Assembly (NCBI GenBank): GCA_963727895.1
Contig: CAVSHT010000009.1
Coordinates: 224,001 to 288,000, forward strand
Length of the DNA stretch: 64,000 nucleotides
Direction of reading: 5' to 3'
Origin: an uncultured Methanosarcinaceae archaeon
Lineage (GTDB): Archaea; Halobacteriota; Methanosarcinia; Methanosarcinales; Methanosarcinaceae
Both the position numbers and the translations under genes were made by a program. This document shows, in pieces, positions 43,675 through 56,066 of this stretch. The number at the start of each line of letters is the position of its first letter. The first letter of the stretch is position 1. The notes under the pieces were generated by a model. That model did not search any database. It had not been told where the DNA came from and saw only the letters and a list, made by a program, of their open reading frames with translations.

Positions 43675-44079
43675 TCAGGAAAGATCATCGAGTAAAACCT
43701 TTTTTCGGTATCCCATGCCTTGAAATATTGCTACAAGATCCCCTTTGTCATCAGTTATATTTACAGTAGATGTTGAGATTTTAGGGTTTATTGACGTTTC
43801 CTTTGCCTCGGCTGTTAGAAATTTGCCTGTCGCAGCTTTTACAAAAGAGATATTTGCATTGATAGCAACAGTGACGGTACCATATGCGTTTGACGCTGCA
43901 GCAAAAGCTAGGTCTGCAAGGGTAAATAATGCACCTCCCTGAACGGTTTTAAGAGCATTAAGATGCTTTTCTTCTATTTTCATTATGGCTTTTGCATATC
44001 CAGGAGAGACTTCTAAAAGTTCGATTCCTGAAAGTGCAGCAAAATTATCATTCTTAAAAAATTCTTTAATATTTTCCAT
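43675..44079 (-). CDS. PaaI-family hotdog thioesterase
   Basis: HLNA..TVQGGALFTLADLAFAAASN. Confidence 0.92.
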   Translation of the reverse strand: MENIKEFFKNDNFAALSGIELLEVSPGYAKAIMKIEEKHLNALKTVQGGALFTLADLAFAAASNAYGTVTVAINANISFVKAATGKFLTAEAKETSINPKISTSTVNITDDKGDLVAIFQGMGYRKKVLLDDLS

Positions 44080-44355
44080 TTAATAACTCCGATTATTATC
44101 ACAGTAAACTCTTACTTTATTCTTCTTATTTTTAATTATAATTATTCTTCTAAATGTAAACTTAATCCTGAATTTTTTGTGTTTAGAAATTACATTCTTT
44201 TCTAGCTTTCTTTCTGCTGTTAGGCGACTTGCAAGAGCAAGTTTTTATTTGACTTTTATTTTATCTCTTTTTCTTCAATATGGCTATTTTTCTCAAGTCT
44301 ATCTTTTTTATGGTTTTTAGGTATGATTAATCAATATCTGTTTATAACATATGAT

Positions 44356-44485
44356 AAGCGCATCCCAAAACCAATTTTGTTTTCAACTAACAGTAATTTT
44401 ATAACTGTTTTAATAATTAAAAAGTTTAATTAATAATTCAGAAGATAAAATTCACGGAAATGATTTTGAGTTTTGGGACATGTCC
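44356..44485. mobile_element. MITE family B, about 130 bp
   Basis: gcgcatcccaaaac ... attttgagttttgggacatgtc; same ends as 57332-57462 and 58090-58219. Confidence 0.75.
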
Positions 44486-44680
44486 AATAAATTACAATAG
44501 AAATTTATTTTTAAAATGCTCGCTGATCCTTAAAACTTGACTAATTTTCATAGTTAATAGAGATTAACTATTTATAAGCTAGGGTATATTATTTTATGGA
44601 TGAAATTATATAAAATTATTTTTTATTTATATAAGTAGATATTTGGCTCAATGATCGAGCTTCATATATGGGGGTAAAGA

Positions 44681-45787
44681 ATGAATCTGAAATTAATAGT
44701 TCCACTGTTAGCGTTATGCCTAATTTTATCTGCTGTGTCTGTACAAGCTCAGACTGACACAAATATGATCGGAAATATGAAGAACATGAATGTAATCGTG
44801 GCTGGAAACATAGATGAAACCATTACTTGTAATATTACCGGAAACGCATCTATGGTAGGTATGGGTATAGGCAGAAAAATCGAGAACATGCCTGGAGCCA
44901 TGGAAAAAAATAAAATGGGAATGATGACCGATAAAATGCAAAATATGACCAGTAAAATGGGGAATATGACTGAGAAAATGGGGACGATGACCGATAAAAT
45001 GGAGAATATGACCGGACCCATGACTTTCAATGTTTCCGGAAAAGTAATCATAGTCAAAGATATTGGAAATATGACTGAAAAATCACTTATGATCGGTAAA
45101 ATAGATAATATGCCCGGAAAAGTGGTTATTTTTGGAAAAATGGATAAAATGGGCGAAATGTCTGAAAGAATGAATAACATGTCCAGAATGACCGAAAAAA
45201 TAGGGAACATGACTATAGTCACTGCTGGAAACATGACTGGAACCATTACATGTAATATGACCAGAAATATGGAAAACGACAAAAACATTGACAACATGAC
45301 TGGCAGAATGAAATACATGACTGTGCCTATGGCTGGAGATATGTCGGGAACCATAACATGTGATCTTACTGAAAAAATGGTCATAATCAAAAACATGGGT
45401 AGTATTGATGAAGTAGCTGGAAAAATCTACAATATACCTGAAGTGACCGAAAAAATGGAGAACATGACCGGTAAAATGAATAACATAACCAGGCCCACGA
45501 CATGTAATATTACCGGACGCATGATTATATTCAAAAATATGGAAAATATGGGTTCGATGGCCGAAAGAATGGATAATAGGGGGTCAATAGCTGAAAAAAT
45601 GTATTATCTTCTTGGAATGAACGAAAATGAAGCCATAATAGAAGACATGAATAACACCAATAAAATGGATGAAAAAATAGACAATATAGATGAAATGGAT
45701 AGTGTAACTGGAAAGATAATACTAATCCGAAATATGGATGATGCGCCTCAAATAGTGACTAAAAATATTACCTGCAACGTTACTTGA
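44681..45787 (+). CDS. secreted Met/Asn-rich repeat protein
   Basis: signal peptide ending VQA; KMENMT-like repeats and five T.TC(N/D).T motifs. Confidence 0.8.
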   Translation: MNLKLIVPLLALCLILSAVSVQAQTDTNMIGNMKNMNVIVAGNIDETITCNITGNASMVGMGIGRKIENMPGAMEKNKMGMMTDKMQNMTSKMGNMTEKMGTMTDKMENMTGPMTFNVSGKVIIVKDIGNMTEKSLMIGKIDNMPGKVVIFGKMDKMGEMSERMNNMSRMTEKIGNMTIVTAGNMTGTITCNMTRNMENDKNIDNMTGRMKYMTVPMAGDMSGTITCDLTEKMVIIKNMGSIDEVAGKIYNIPEVTEKMENMTGKMNNITRPTTCNITGRMIIFKNMENMGSMAERMDNRGSIAEKMYYLLGMNENEAIIEDMNNTNKMDEKIDNIDEMDSVTGKIILIRNMDDAPQIVTKNITCNVT

Positions 45788-46132
45788 AATAAGGCCATCG
45801 TTAGAAAAATAACTAACACTTGATAGTCAATTATTGACGGTAAAATGTCTTAGATTAAGCATTAAATAATGAATTACCATTATTTAATGCATCTTTACTA
45901 TTTCAATTAGAAATTATTCAGTTTAAAACTGAACCTGCGAATACATATTGTAATACGTAATTGTGATTCTTTCCTGTTTTTTTCAGTTATTTATAGACTC
46001 TTAAAGCTCTGTATTTGTATGCTTACTGGTTTACTAGTGTATATTCTTTCTGTGACTGAAAATACTTTTATGCCACAAGACAGAAAACTGAAAGATGAAT
46101 AATTGGAGTATTAAGTTGGGGGGTTGCAGAAT

Positions 46133-46522
46133 ATGGGAAGAAATGTACAAATCGAAGAGAAAAGCTCCATAACACCTAGAGACAGGAATATATCTTTTCA
46201 GGGAAAGATGGAATTTGTAGTTCCATATGTAGAGGAAAATATTAGCAGGTGTAGATGTTCGCAGTGTCCTGTTCAGGCTAATAGTCTATGTGCGCAAAAC
46301 AAAATTAAAAGTGTAAAACAGGCATTGGAAAATGCGCCCGAAGGTGAGGTTCCAGATCCAGAAAATGTTCCAGGGGTTTATTGTTCGGAAGGCACGGCTG
46401 CCTGTAAGGATCTTGATTTTGACAGAAAATGTATATGTGGCTCATGTGATGTATGGAAAGAATATAATCTCAAAGATGCAAAACCAAACAATCACTTCTG
46501 CCAGCAAGGCAGAGCAACCTGA
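46133..46522 (+). CDS. DUF2769-like Cys-rich protein
   Basis: CRCSQCP...C...YCSEG...C...CICGSC.VW..Y.L....FC..G pattern. Confidence 0.8.
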   Translation: MGRNVQIEEKSSITPRDRNISFQGKMEFVVPYVEENISRCRCSQCPVQANSLCAQNKIKSVKQALENAPEGEVPDPENVPGVYCSEGTAACKDLDFDRKCICGSCDVWKEYNLKDAKPNNHFCQQGRAT

Positions 46523-46860
46523 GATTTCACATAAAAAGTATAATGTAGTATAATAATATAGAGAAATATAGAGAATAAAATCTTCTTTTAATAACTGTTT
46601 TTTACTTTTTTATAAATTTCTAAACTCCTTTAAGATCTTTTTACGTTTTTGAGTTAAGATTTATTGTTTTTCATAGAAGTATAAGACTTAGATCTTCCAC
46701 CGAAAACACTATATCTTTTCAAAATATTGGTATTTGACAGTATTAAATAATTAGAGTTGTCATGCGTAGCCCTAATACTCCATGCTCGGGTTTTTCTTAG
46801 ACTCTATAAGGTTTCAGAAGGTTAGATAGCCTTATTTCAACTCATTAAGGAGCAAAATAA

Positions 46861-48876
46861 ATGGTATCCTCTTTACTAGCAAACGTTGATGTACTTCTTG
46901 GTTTTGCTATTTTAATTCTTACTATTTTCTACAGATTTCAAGTTCCTCCTGTGCTGGGTTTTCTTGTAACCGGAATGTTAATCGGTCCCTATGGGCTTGG
47001 AATTTTCAATGGTGGACAAAATGAACTGAATGCCGACCTCGGTATAATCTTTTTGCTCTTTACAATTGGAGTTGATCTCTCTTTAAAAGAGCTCTGGAAA
47101 ATGAAAAAAGCTTTATTTATGGGAGGGACTCTCCAAATTCTCTTAACTACATTCCTGACCCTCCTTGTTTGTTCAGCTGTAGGCTTCAGTTCCACTACAT
47201 CTGTCTTTTTAGGTTTCTTGATTTCGCTTAGCAGTACTGCAATAGTACTCAAAGTCCTTCAGGATAGAAACGAAGTTTATACAGCACATGGAAAAACCTC
47301 ACTTGCAATTCTGATATTTCAGGATCTTGCTATCGTTCCCCTAATTCTTCTTACCCCATTACTGGCTGGAGATTCTCTAAACTTTGAAGGTTCATTTTCA
47401 ACTGTTTTTATCAAAGGCTCACTAGTCATTCTAGTTTTTATTCTGAGCGCCAAATTCCTGATCCCCTGGATATTCTACCATGTGGGCAGGACAGGAAATA
47501 AAGAATTATTCCTCGTCAGTGTTGTTTTCATTTGCCTTTCTACCGCTCTCTTTACCTCAAGTATCGGACTATCTCTTGCTCTTGGAGCCTTTTTAGCTGG
47601 CATTGTTATATCTGGTTCCCAGTACAGTCAACAGGCAATGGGCAATATCGTGCCTTTAAGAGATATGTTCATGAGTTTCTTTTTTGTGTCCGTAGGCACA
47701 CTCCTGAACATAAGGTATTTGCTTGACAATCTCCCTACTCTGATTCTTGCTTCGGTTGCTTTAATTATAATAAAATCAATAGCAGGAGTAACTGTAACTT
47801 TTATTTTAGGTTATCCACTACGTACAACTATATTAACAGGACTTGCATTGTCTCAGGTAGGAGAATTCTCTTTTGTCCTTTCCAGATTGGGAGTAGAGTA
47901 TTCTCTCCTGACAGAAAATATTTATCAGGCTTTTCTTGCAGTTTCTATTGTTACTATGGGAGTTACGCCTTTTTTGATTAATGCTTCCTACAAACCTGCC
48001 GATGTCATTATTAAAAAAGTTTCAGGTACGACTTATGGTCTGAAACTGGTACATGGCTTATATTCAGAACCCATCAAAGAAGAAGAACAAGCTGAACCCG
48101 AAATGAAAGATTATTTAATAATAGTGGGATTCGGCTTTTCCGGAAGAACAGTCTCTAAGGCTGCAAAAACGGCAGGTATTTCTTATATAATTGTGGAAGC
48201 AAATCCGGAAATTGTTAAGCAGGAAAAGCAGAAAGGGGAAAAAATTCACTATGGAGATGCAACTTTTAAGGTTGTACTGGAACATGCAGGCGTAAAAAAT
48301 GCAAGAGTTCTTATTATCGGGATATCGGATGCATCCGCCACAGGTAAAATTGTGGAAATTGCAAAACAACTGAATCCGAATATATGCGTTATTGCAAAAG
48401 TAAGGGATTTACAGGAAATGAAACGTCTTAACGCCCTTGGTGCAGATGAAGTGGTCCCTGAAGAATATGAAACTTCCGTAGAAATCTTTGTCCGCTTGCT
48501 TGAAGAATATCTGGTTCCAAGAGAAGACATTGAAAAGCTCGTAAACGATGTTAGAGCTAATGGTTACAGAATGCTTAGAAAGTTATCCGTTAATACAAGC
48601 ATTGATAGCGAGTTTAGTATAAAGGATGGGCTTCCAGGTGTAGATATTCAGGTTTTTAAAGTAGGAAATGGTTCCAGTTTTGATGGAAAAAACTTAAAAA
48701 ACCTGGATTTTAGGAAAAAACATGGAGTTACAGTACTTTCTATTCGTAGAGGTCCAGATCTGATCTACACTCCAGAAGGCGATTTTCTTCTTCAGGCAAA
48801 AGATGCCTGTGTCCTTCTAGGAAAACCCGAGGATCTTTATAGTATTAGAAGTTTCTTTGAAGGTGTTCATGGATAA
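46861..48876 (+). CDS. CPA2/KefC-type cation:proton antiporter with TrkA-N and TrkA-C domains
   Basis: SLSSTAIVLK, LIFQDLA, LGAFLAG, LSQVGEFSF, IIVGFGFSG, YGDAT. Confidence 0.93.
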   Translation: MVSSLLANVDVLLGFAILILTIFYRFQVPPVLGFLVTGMLIGPYGLGIFNGGQNELNADLGIIFLLFTIGVDLSLKELWKMKKALFMGGTLQILLTTFLTLLVCSAVGFSSTTSVFLGFLISLSSTAIVLKVLQDRNEVYTAHGKTSLAILIFQDLAIVPLILLTPLLAGDSLNFEGSFSTVFIKGSLVILVFILSAKFLIPWIFYHVGRTGNKELFLVSVVFICLSTALFTSSIGLSLALGAFLAGIVISGSQYSQQAMGNIVPLRDMFMSFFFVSVGTLLNIRYLLDNLPTLILASVALIIIKSIAGVTVTFILGYPLRTTILTGLALSQVGEFSFVLSRLGVEYSLLTENIYQAFLAVSIVTMGVTPFLINASYKPADVIIKKVSGTTYGLKLVHGLYSEPIKEEEQAEPEMKDYLIIVGFGFSGRTVSKAAKTAGISYIIVEANPEIVKQEKQKGEKIHYGDATFKVVLEHAGVKNARVLIIGISDASATGKIVEIAKQLNPNICVIAKVRDLQEMKRLNALGADEVVPEEYETSVEIFVRLLEEYLVPREDIEKLVNDVRANGYRMLRKLSVNTSIDSEFSIKDGLPGVDIQVFKVGNGSSFDGKNLKNLDFRKKHGVTVLSIRRGPDLIYTPEGDFLLQAKDACVLLGKPEDLYSIRSFFEGVHG

Positions 48877-49004
48877 ATATGAATTTCTCTACAATTTTTT
48901 AATATGAAGTTTTATTACTTTTACATAATATTTAAATTGTTTAAATAATCCCTATATTCCTTTATTCACAATACAAATATATTCTATGAATCCAGCTTTT
49001 TTTA

Positions 49005-49600
49005 ATGCGCCATATCACTCTTGCTTCTGCATCTCCAAGGCGAAAAGAATTGCTTAAACAGCTTATAGGAGATAATTTCCTTGTCCATGTAAGTTATGAT
49101 AAAGAATCACCTATTCCTGATTTGCGTCCTGAGGAACTTCTATTAAAACACTCTATCAAAAAAGCCAGAGATGTAGCTAAATATTTCAATTCCGGGCTTG
49201 TAATTTCTGCAGCTACTTCCGTGCTTTTTAATGGGAAACTTCTAGGAAAACCTCAATATCCCGAAAAAGCAGAAGAAATGCTGAAAATGCTAAGCGGACA
49301 GAAATTCAGCGTTATAACAGGACTAACAGTTCTTGACCTTGACAACGGAATAGAAATCAGTGAACTGGAATTCACGACTGTCTGGATGGATGAAATAAAT
49401 ACAGAAAAATTTCAGCTTGTGTAAAGACAGGAGAACCCCTTAATAAAGCAGGAGCTTTTGCGATTAAAGGACAAGAAGCAGCCTTTGTAAAAAGAATTGA
49501 AGGAAATTTTTATAACATAGTGGGCCTTCCCCTTTTCCGATTAGGAAAAATCCTGCAAAAAACTGAAGTATCTATATTTGGGAAGATTTATCCTGAATTA
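49005..49600 (+). pseudogene. maf: Maf-family nucleotide pyrophosphatase, frameshifted
   Basis: [12 protein letters not shown]...LGKP; shift near 49410 to [14 protein letters not shown]...[13 protein letters not shown]; end approximate. Confidence 0.88.
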
Positions 49601-49607
49601 AGATTCT

Positions 49608-49720
49608 TAAACCGCAACCATTGCACCGATTTATACGCCACTGCTAAGGTTTTCGATAAAACCTTTTCTCAAAAGGTTTTCACTCAAGCCTTTTCAAAAA
49701 AGGCTTGCGAAAGAAATAAA
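49608..49720. repeat. inverted copy of the 42781-42960 palindromic repeat
   Basis: gttttcactcaagccttttcaaaaaaggcttgcgaaagaa and shared spacer tgcaccgatttatacgcc. Confidence 0.8.
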
Positions 49721-49859
49721 GCACTTCTGACCAATTAGATAACAATTGATGCTAACATAAATGAGTTAAAATAATAGTGGAATTAAAAGTTAAGAAACTA
49801 AAAATCATTCTTGTTTCTAATACGTATTTTTGGTAATTAAATATTCAGAGGCGTTCAGG

Positions 49860-51281
49860 ATGCTTAAGGTTTACAATACCCTTACAAGAAAGAAAGATGC
49901 TTTCAAGCCCTTAAAGGAAGGCGAAGTTTCTATTTATGCCTGTGGGCCTACAGTTTACAGTATGCCACATATAGGCAACTATCGTACTTTTCTAATGGCA
50001 GATAACATTGTGAGAACTCTTGAATACCTCGGCTATAAAGTAAAGCTTGTAATGAATATTACTGATATAGATGACAAAACTATCAGGGATTCAAAAGCAC
50101 TTGGAATGTCGCTTAAGAACTTTACCGATAAATACACTGCTGAATTCTTAAAAGGCCTTGATATGCTGAATATAAAAAGAGCTTCAGCTTACCCAAGGGC
50201 GACGGAAAATGTTGGCGGCATGATTAAACTTACACAGATATTAATGAATAAAGGATTAGCTTACGAAAAAAACGGTTCTCTATATTATAAAATTTCAGGT
50301 TTTCCGGATTATGGCAAACTTTCAAAGCTTGACTTTGATAACATTATAATTGGTGCATCTGTCGATGTAGATGAATATGATAAGGATAACCCACGTGACT
50401 TTGCTCTCCTGAAAGCTTCAACTCCTGAAGAAATTGAAAGAGGAATATATTATGAAAGCCCATGGGGAAAAATCCGTCCGGGCTGGCATATTGAATGTTC
50501 AGTGATGGCTATGGATAGTTTTGGACCAACTCTGGATATGCATTTAGGAGGAGTGGACCTTATTTTCCCTCACCATGAAAATGAAATTGCTCAATCAGAA
50601 GGAGCAACTGGAAAACCATTTGCATGCAACTGGATCCATGGGGAACATTTGATAGTAGAAGGAGAGAAGATGAGTAAATCCAAAGGAAATGTCTTCACAC
50701 TGCCTGAGATTGTCGGAAAATACGGTGGAGAAGTTGTTCGTTTTATGTTTCTCTCAGTTCACTATCGTAAAAAACTGGACTATTCAGATGCCTTTGCAGA
50801 AAATGCTAAAAATAATTATTTAAAGCTTAAAGAAACGCTTGAAAATTTTGAATTTGCTCTGGCAAGCGCAGAAGATACAGATTATCCCGAAGATAAGGAA
50901 ATTATTGAAATCCTTCCAGAACTTGAAATGCAGTTCAGAGAAGCTCTTGAAGATGACTTCAATACCCCAAAAGCTATAACGATTTTCAAGGATCTTTCCC
51001 GTACATCTAATAAATATCTTGAATCTGGAAAAAATAGATTGGTTCTTAAAAAACTCCATTCTCTCTACAGACAGTTTTCTGATGTTCTGGACCTTTTTGC
51101 AGAATCAAGTAAAAAGAGAATTCCAGAAGAAGTAATGAACTTAGTAGAAGAACGTGAAGTTGCTAGAAAAAAGAAAGATTGGATAACTTCAGATGTTATC
51201 AGAGCAAAAATAATATCAATGGGCTATATTGTGCAAGATACGAAAGAAGGACCAAATGTAAAAGAAAACGAAGAAAGTTAA
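49860..51281 (+). CDS. cysS: cysteine--tRNA ligase
   Basis: [38 protein letters not shown]. Confidence 0.98.
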   Translation: MLKVYNTLTRKKDAFKPLKEGEVSIYACGPTVYSMPHIGNYRTFLMADNIVRTLEYLGYKVKLVMNITDIDDKTIRDSKALGMSLKNFTDKYTAEFLKGLDMLNIKRASAYPRATENVGGMIKLTQILMNKGLAYEKNGSLYYKISGFPDYGKLSKLDFDNIIIGASVDVDEYDKDNPRDFALLKASTPEEIERGIYYESPWGKIRPGWHIECSVMAMDSFGPTLDMHLGGVDLIFPHHENEIAQSEGATGKPFACNWIHGEHLIVEGEKMSKSKGNVFTLPEIVGKYGGEVVRFMFLSVHYRKKLDYSDAFAENAKNNYLKLKETLENFEFALASAEDTDYPEDKEIIEILPELEMQFREALEDDFNTPKAITIFKDLSRTSNKYLESGKNRLVLKKLHSLYRQFSDVLDLFAESSKKRIPEEVMNLVEEREVARKKKDWITSDVIRAKIISMGYIVQDTKEGPNVKENEES

Positions 51282-51574
51282 TAAGATGCTGAGGGTATAA
51301 ATTTTTATTCAAACTGAAATTTTTATAAAAACTGAATGAGATAATCTCATTTTACATATTTAATTTCGGCTTCTTGAAGCTGGTTGAGATAGGTTTTTTA
51401 CAAAACCGTAATTTTCCTTTTTTCCGCTTCCTTAAAAAGCGTTCAGACATTTTTAATTTATTACAGATCCATATTTTAAGTTCAAATGAATTTGAAGCTT
51501 ACAAAAGTCTTATACCTCTCCAAAGATAAAATTATGTAAAATCATTACAGAGCCCCATCTAAAGAAAATTAATA

Positions 51575-52510
51575 ATGGCTGGTGGTATGAAATCCAAATT
51601 TCTTGTTGTTCTGTTGATTCTTTCGCTTTTTGCAAACGCTTATTTTGTCATGCTTGAAGAACAGCCTTCCTTTGAAGGAAAAAAAGTTCAAGAGATGCAG
51701 TCTCGGATAAATTCTCTTGAAACAGAAAATGAAAACCTTAAGTCAGAGATAAATCAGAGTAATGAGTCGCTTCAGTCTTATGCTTCTCAATTAGATTCTT
51801 ATCGCAAAAGAATTTTTGAGCTTGAGAATAGCTCTCAAACGAGCCTTGCAGGAGTTGAAGGATTTGCCACTCTTCAAGGACCTGCAGTTTTTCAGACTGT
51901 TGAGAACGAGCAGAGAGGCCCTTTTATCCAGCAATCCGTCTCTGAAAAAGGTGCTCTACTTAACATATCAGTTGAGATTAGACCAGGAAAAGGCCGTGTA
52001 CTCGTTCAGACAACTCCTCTTATGGGCGTAGTATTCCAGGACGCCGCAAACACTGCAGTTTTCGTTGCCGAAAACAAAACCGGGAAACAGCTGTCAAGTA
52101 GCGATATTATCTTCAGTATTAATGCTTCGAATAAAACCCCGAATATTGATGGTCCTAGTGCAGGAGCTCTAATGACGCTGCTTACAATTTCAGCTATTGA
52201 TAACAGTACCAGGTTAAATGACAGCATAACTCTCACAGGTACAATCGACAATGAAGGTAATATTGGACCGATAGGTGGAGTTGTAGAAAAAGCGAAGGCA
52301 GCAAAAGCAGGAGGTAAAACTCTATTTCTAATTCCAGAGGAAAATAGCCAGCTTGTTACATACAAGTATGCAGAAAAGAAGCTTGGCGGTTTTACTGTTG
52401 TTGAGAGAGAGCCGGAAACAATAGATGCTAAAGAATATATCGAAAAGAATGTAGGAATAAAGATTGAATACGTGGATACGATTGACGATGTATTGAATTA
52501 TGAGAAGTAA
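51575..52510 (+). CDS. membrane-anchored Lon-like (S16) serine protease domain protein
   Basis: N-terminal TM and coiled coil; DGPSAG (Ser) and GPIGGVVEKAKAA (Lys) dyad. Confidence 0.9.
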   Translation: MAGGMKSKFLVVLLILSLFANAYFVMLEEQPSFEGKKVQEMQSRINSLETENENLKSEINQSNESLQSYASQLDSYRKRIFELENSSQTSLAGVEGFATLQGPAVFQTVENEQRGPFIQQSVSEKGALLNISVEIRPGKGRVLVQTTPLMGVVFQDAANTAVFVAENKTGKQLSSSDIIFSINASNKTPNIDGPSAGALMTLLTISAIDNSTRLNDSITLTGTIDNEGNIGPIGGVVEKAKAAKAGGKTLFLIPEENSQLVTYKYAEKKLGGFTVVEREPETIDAKEYIEKNVGIKIEYVDTIDDVLNYEK

Positions 52511-52670
52511 AACCTGGATATTGATTATTACTTTAATCACAATGTTTTTGGGGATTTCTTTTTCACCATAAATGGATCACCCAGTAAAAGTTGGTTTCTC
52601 ACTTTTTGAAATAATGATTATAGCTTTGAGAATTAGGTATAACTACAAAAGAGTTCTATGTATAATTTTT

Positions 52671-52799
52671 AGCTCTGTAAAAAACCTATCAAATCAACTA
52701 TCAGTAGGTTAAAACCGGCAAATCTATCCAATAAGTAATTCTTTTTGAATTCTTTTTAATCTTGATTTTTGCCTGAATATTGAGGATTTTTACAGAGCC
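52671..52799. mobile_element. MITE family A, about 129 bp
   Basis: terminal inverted repeats gctctgtaaaaa / tttttacagagc; no ORF. Confidence 0.75.
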
Positions 52800-53079
52800 G
52801 AATTTTTATTTATTGTTAGTTTTCTCGGAGATTTTGACTTTTGTTCATCATACATATGACATGATTATTCTGATATTTTTGCAAAGGAACTTAACTACCA
52901 ATGTATCCAAATAGTATTTACTTATTTATAGAATTTAAAACTCATTTTTGAGATAATATGAAAAACTGCAAAAAATATATAGAGATCATATACAATTGTA
53001 TATATTTAATAGTAAATTTATATAGTATAGAATGTATATAATAAATTAATTTTTTGCGTATGATTCTGCCTAATAACTT

Positions 53080-53198
53080 TAGGACTTACGCAGTTGAACT
53101 AAAAAATTAACAGTATCAGGTCGTTAACGATCTAAAAAGTGACTTTAATTTATAGTGTTTAATGCAATTGATTTTGCTTCTCAAGTGCATAAGGTCTA
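53080..53198. mobile_element. MITE family C, about 119 bp
   Basis: taggacttacgca ... tgcataaggtcta imperfect terminal repeats; similar left end at 40716. Confidence 0.55.
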
Positions 53199-53270
53199 AA
53201 CTTATTGATTTTATGATTTCCCTAAAAACATAGTTATATTTAAACAGACTAAAGGGGGGAAATAATACTG

Positions 53271-54292
53271 ATAAGTGACAAAAGTATAAAAAGATGTGCT
53301 TGATGTGTATTACCCGAAACAACACCAAACATTATTTTTGATGAAGATGGTGTATGTAATTTTTGCCACTTTCATAAAAAAGCCCAATATGAAGATGAAT
53401 CAAAATTAAAGGAGTTACTATACTCATATCGTAAAAAAGACAACAAGTATGATTGTATTGCAGGGATAAGCGGTGGAAGAGATAGTAGTTACACACTTAT
53501 TAAACTTGTAAAAGATTATGATTTCAAAGTTTTGGCAGTAAATTATCAAAGTCCTTTTACTGATCCACAAGCTAACACAAACATTGACAACGCTGTCGAA
53601 GCATTAAATGTTGATATTGTAAGTTTTAAACTGAAGAACAATATGCATGAGAAAATATTTAAATATAATTTTAATTCGTTTCTTTGCAACCCATCTCCTG
53701 CAACTATACCTATGATATGTATTTCTTGTAAAACTATTTTATATTATACAATAAAATACGCAAAAAAATATAATGTAAAATGTATCGTACAAGGAGGAAA
53801 TCCTTATGAGGATACTTCTTTCAAACAAGAATTGTTAAACTTTTCTGGGGATGGAAGCTGTCAGGATAACTTCAAAAAATGTTTAGGAAGGGTTTATGAA
53901 CTAAATGTTAAAAAACCCGCGTTACTGCCATCCAAAGTGTATACCCACAATGATAAAAGGATATTTATATGGAGATCCTTATGCTTTTGGACCTCGTATA
54001 TTTTCATCGGATATTAGATTTATAGATTTATTCCATTATATTCCATGGCGAGAAGAGGAAATTTTGTCGAGAATTAAGAAAGAATTGAAATGGGAAAGTC
54101 CGCGTAAATATAGCTCAACTTGGGGATCTGATTGTAAAATAGGTCATTTAAAAGATTTATTGTATATGAAGACACTTAACATGACCGAAAAGGATGATTT
54201 TTATTCTAAAATGGTAAGAGACAGCCTTATCACTCGGGATAAAGCACTTACAAGGTTAAATGATGAAAATAAACTATATATAAATGAAATAC
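53271..54292 (+). pseudogene. N-acetyl sugar amidotransferase (WbpG-like PP-loop), disrupted and IS1-truncated
   Basis: KRCA*CVLP...FDEDGVCNFC, KYDCIAGISGGRDSSY, DCKIGHLKD; start mutated, TGA, frameshift near 53900. Confidence 0.82.
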
Positions 54293-54566
54293 GGCATTGG
54301 TAAACAAAAATAGTTATATACTATTAGAAAGTATATTTCTTCATGAACTGCCCAAAATGTAATAGTTCTAATCACAAAAATAATGGTATAGTTGGCGGGC
54401 GTCAACGCTACAAATGCCATGATTGTGGATATAACTATACAGTAGAGCTAAAATCAACTGCTTTTTCCGCTTCTGTAAAAAGACAGGCTTTACAACTCTA
54501 TCTTGAAGGATTGGGCTTTCGCTCAATAGGACGATTTTAGCATGAAAGTACATGAGGAGATTATCC

Positions 54567-55831
54567 TCACGTGCTCTCTTGATCCTTTTTCCCCATAATC
54601 GCAAATATTTCACTAATTATTTTAATCCGTTCATCAACCGAAAAAATCTCAGTCTCAATAATCTTTCTCTTTTGGATTTCTCCCTTTTGATATCCGGTTT
54701 CATCTTCGTCCATCTCATCGTTTGTAATAAGATGCCATAGTATCGTTGCAATTTTCCTTGCTAAGGCAATAATTGCTTTTGCATGTCCAATCGACTTCTT
54801 TTTTCTGTTAAAAAACTCTTTTAACCTGCTATTCTTCTTTCTTGCTGCTGCTTGAGCAATCTGTGTCAGAATCCACCTTGCTACTTTTGATCCCCTCTTT
54901 GTGATTCTGCCGTTATAGTATTTATCTGCAGATTGATACACATTAGGAACTAGACCAAGCCAAGAAGCAAGCTTATTTCCAGAAGAAAAATCCTTAAAGT
55001 TGCCTATTTCAGCAAGTAAAATTGCCGCACCAAGTTCCCCTATACTTGGAACTGACATTAAAATCTCCATTTCTCGCTTATGATTTCGAGAAGCATAATT
55101 GAAAATTTCTGTTTCTAAAGCTTCGAGTTCATCATCAAGACTTTTTATGAGTTTCAGACAGATCTGAAGTCTGAATGCAGCACTTTGAGAAATTTCTCGA
55201 TCAAGAATTTCTCTTATCTGAGCAGCTTTTTTCCGAACATTTGGAGAGAGGCTTGCAATAATCTGATCAACACTCTTACCTGAAGAGATTCCTAATAAGA
55301 TCATTCTGCCATTCTTGCCAAAAACGTCTGTCAGCACATTATTCAGGTGTAGCATTTCAGATGCAAGAATTGAATTTCAGATGCAAGAATTGAGTGAGCT
55401 TTATTTTTTAAATCTGTTCTTTTTTGTACAAGTGTTAACCGAAGTCGAACATATGATCTAAAATCTATATGATCCTTTGGAAAAACTCTTGATGGCTGAA
55501 TCATATTATTAAGTGCAAGTTGTGCAATGACTTCTGAGTCAATCTTATATGTTTTTGTATGGGTAAATACCTTCATATCTCGCGCATTTCCAACTATCAC
55601 AGTTAGATGCTTTACCAATGAATCATGAATCGGAACCCGAAAGTAGCTGGTTGATTCATATGCAACAACATCACATTTTTCTGATATTACCCAATTTTTA
55701 AGGGCTAAAATTCCTTCATCATCTCTGTTGAAACGTTGCTGTTGTTTTTCACCAGATCTACTGAAAATTGTAGCAATGAAAAAGAGTTTGTGAATGTCTA
55801 AACCACAAGCTTTGTTTATGACTTAAATCAA
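54567..55831 (-). pseudogene. IS110 transposase, disrupted
   Basis: same 20-bp duplication (55354-55393), early stop codons, KTDKID changed to KTYKID. Confidence 0.92.
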
Positions 55832-56066
55832 ATTAGATCACCAAATTTATTTGGGCAGTGGAATTGCCTAAAAGGCCAATTTAGCATCCGTGATCAAAGT
55901 CACACTTGAGCCTTCGATGGCAATTCACTGATTAGTTTTAGAACGGTTTTGAATAACCAAAATCAAGACAACCTTACTGCCCAAGGTAATGAGGGCTTAA
56001 TAGTCCAAAAAAAGAACGGAGAGTACTTTCATTAGTTGTGCTTGTTATTCGAAGAAAAGCATGTGC
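55832..56066 (-). ncRNA. candidate bridge/seek RNA, copy 2
   Basis: same stems as 11541-11775 with a few substitutions. Confidence 0.62.
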
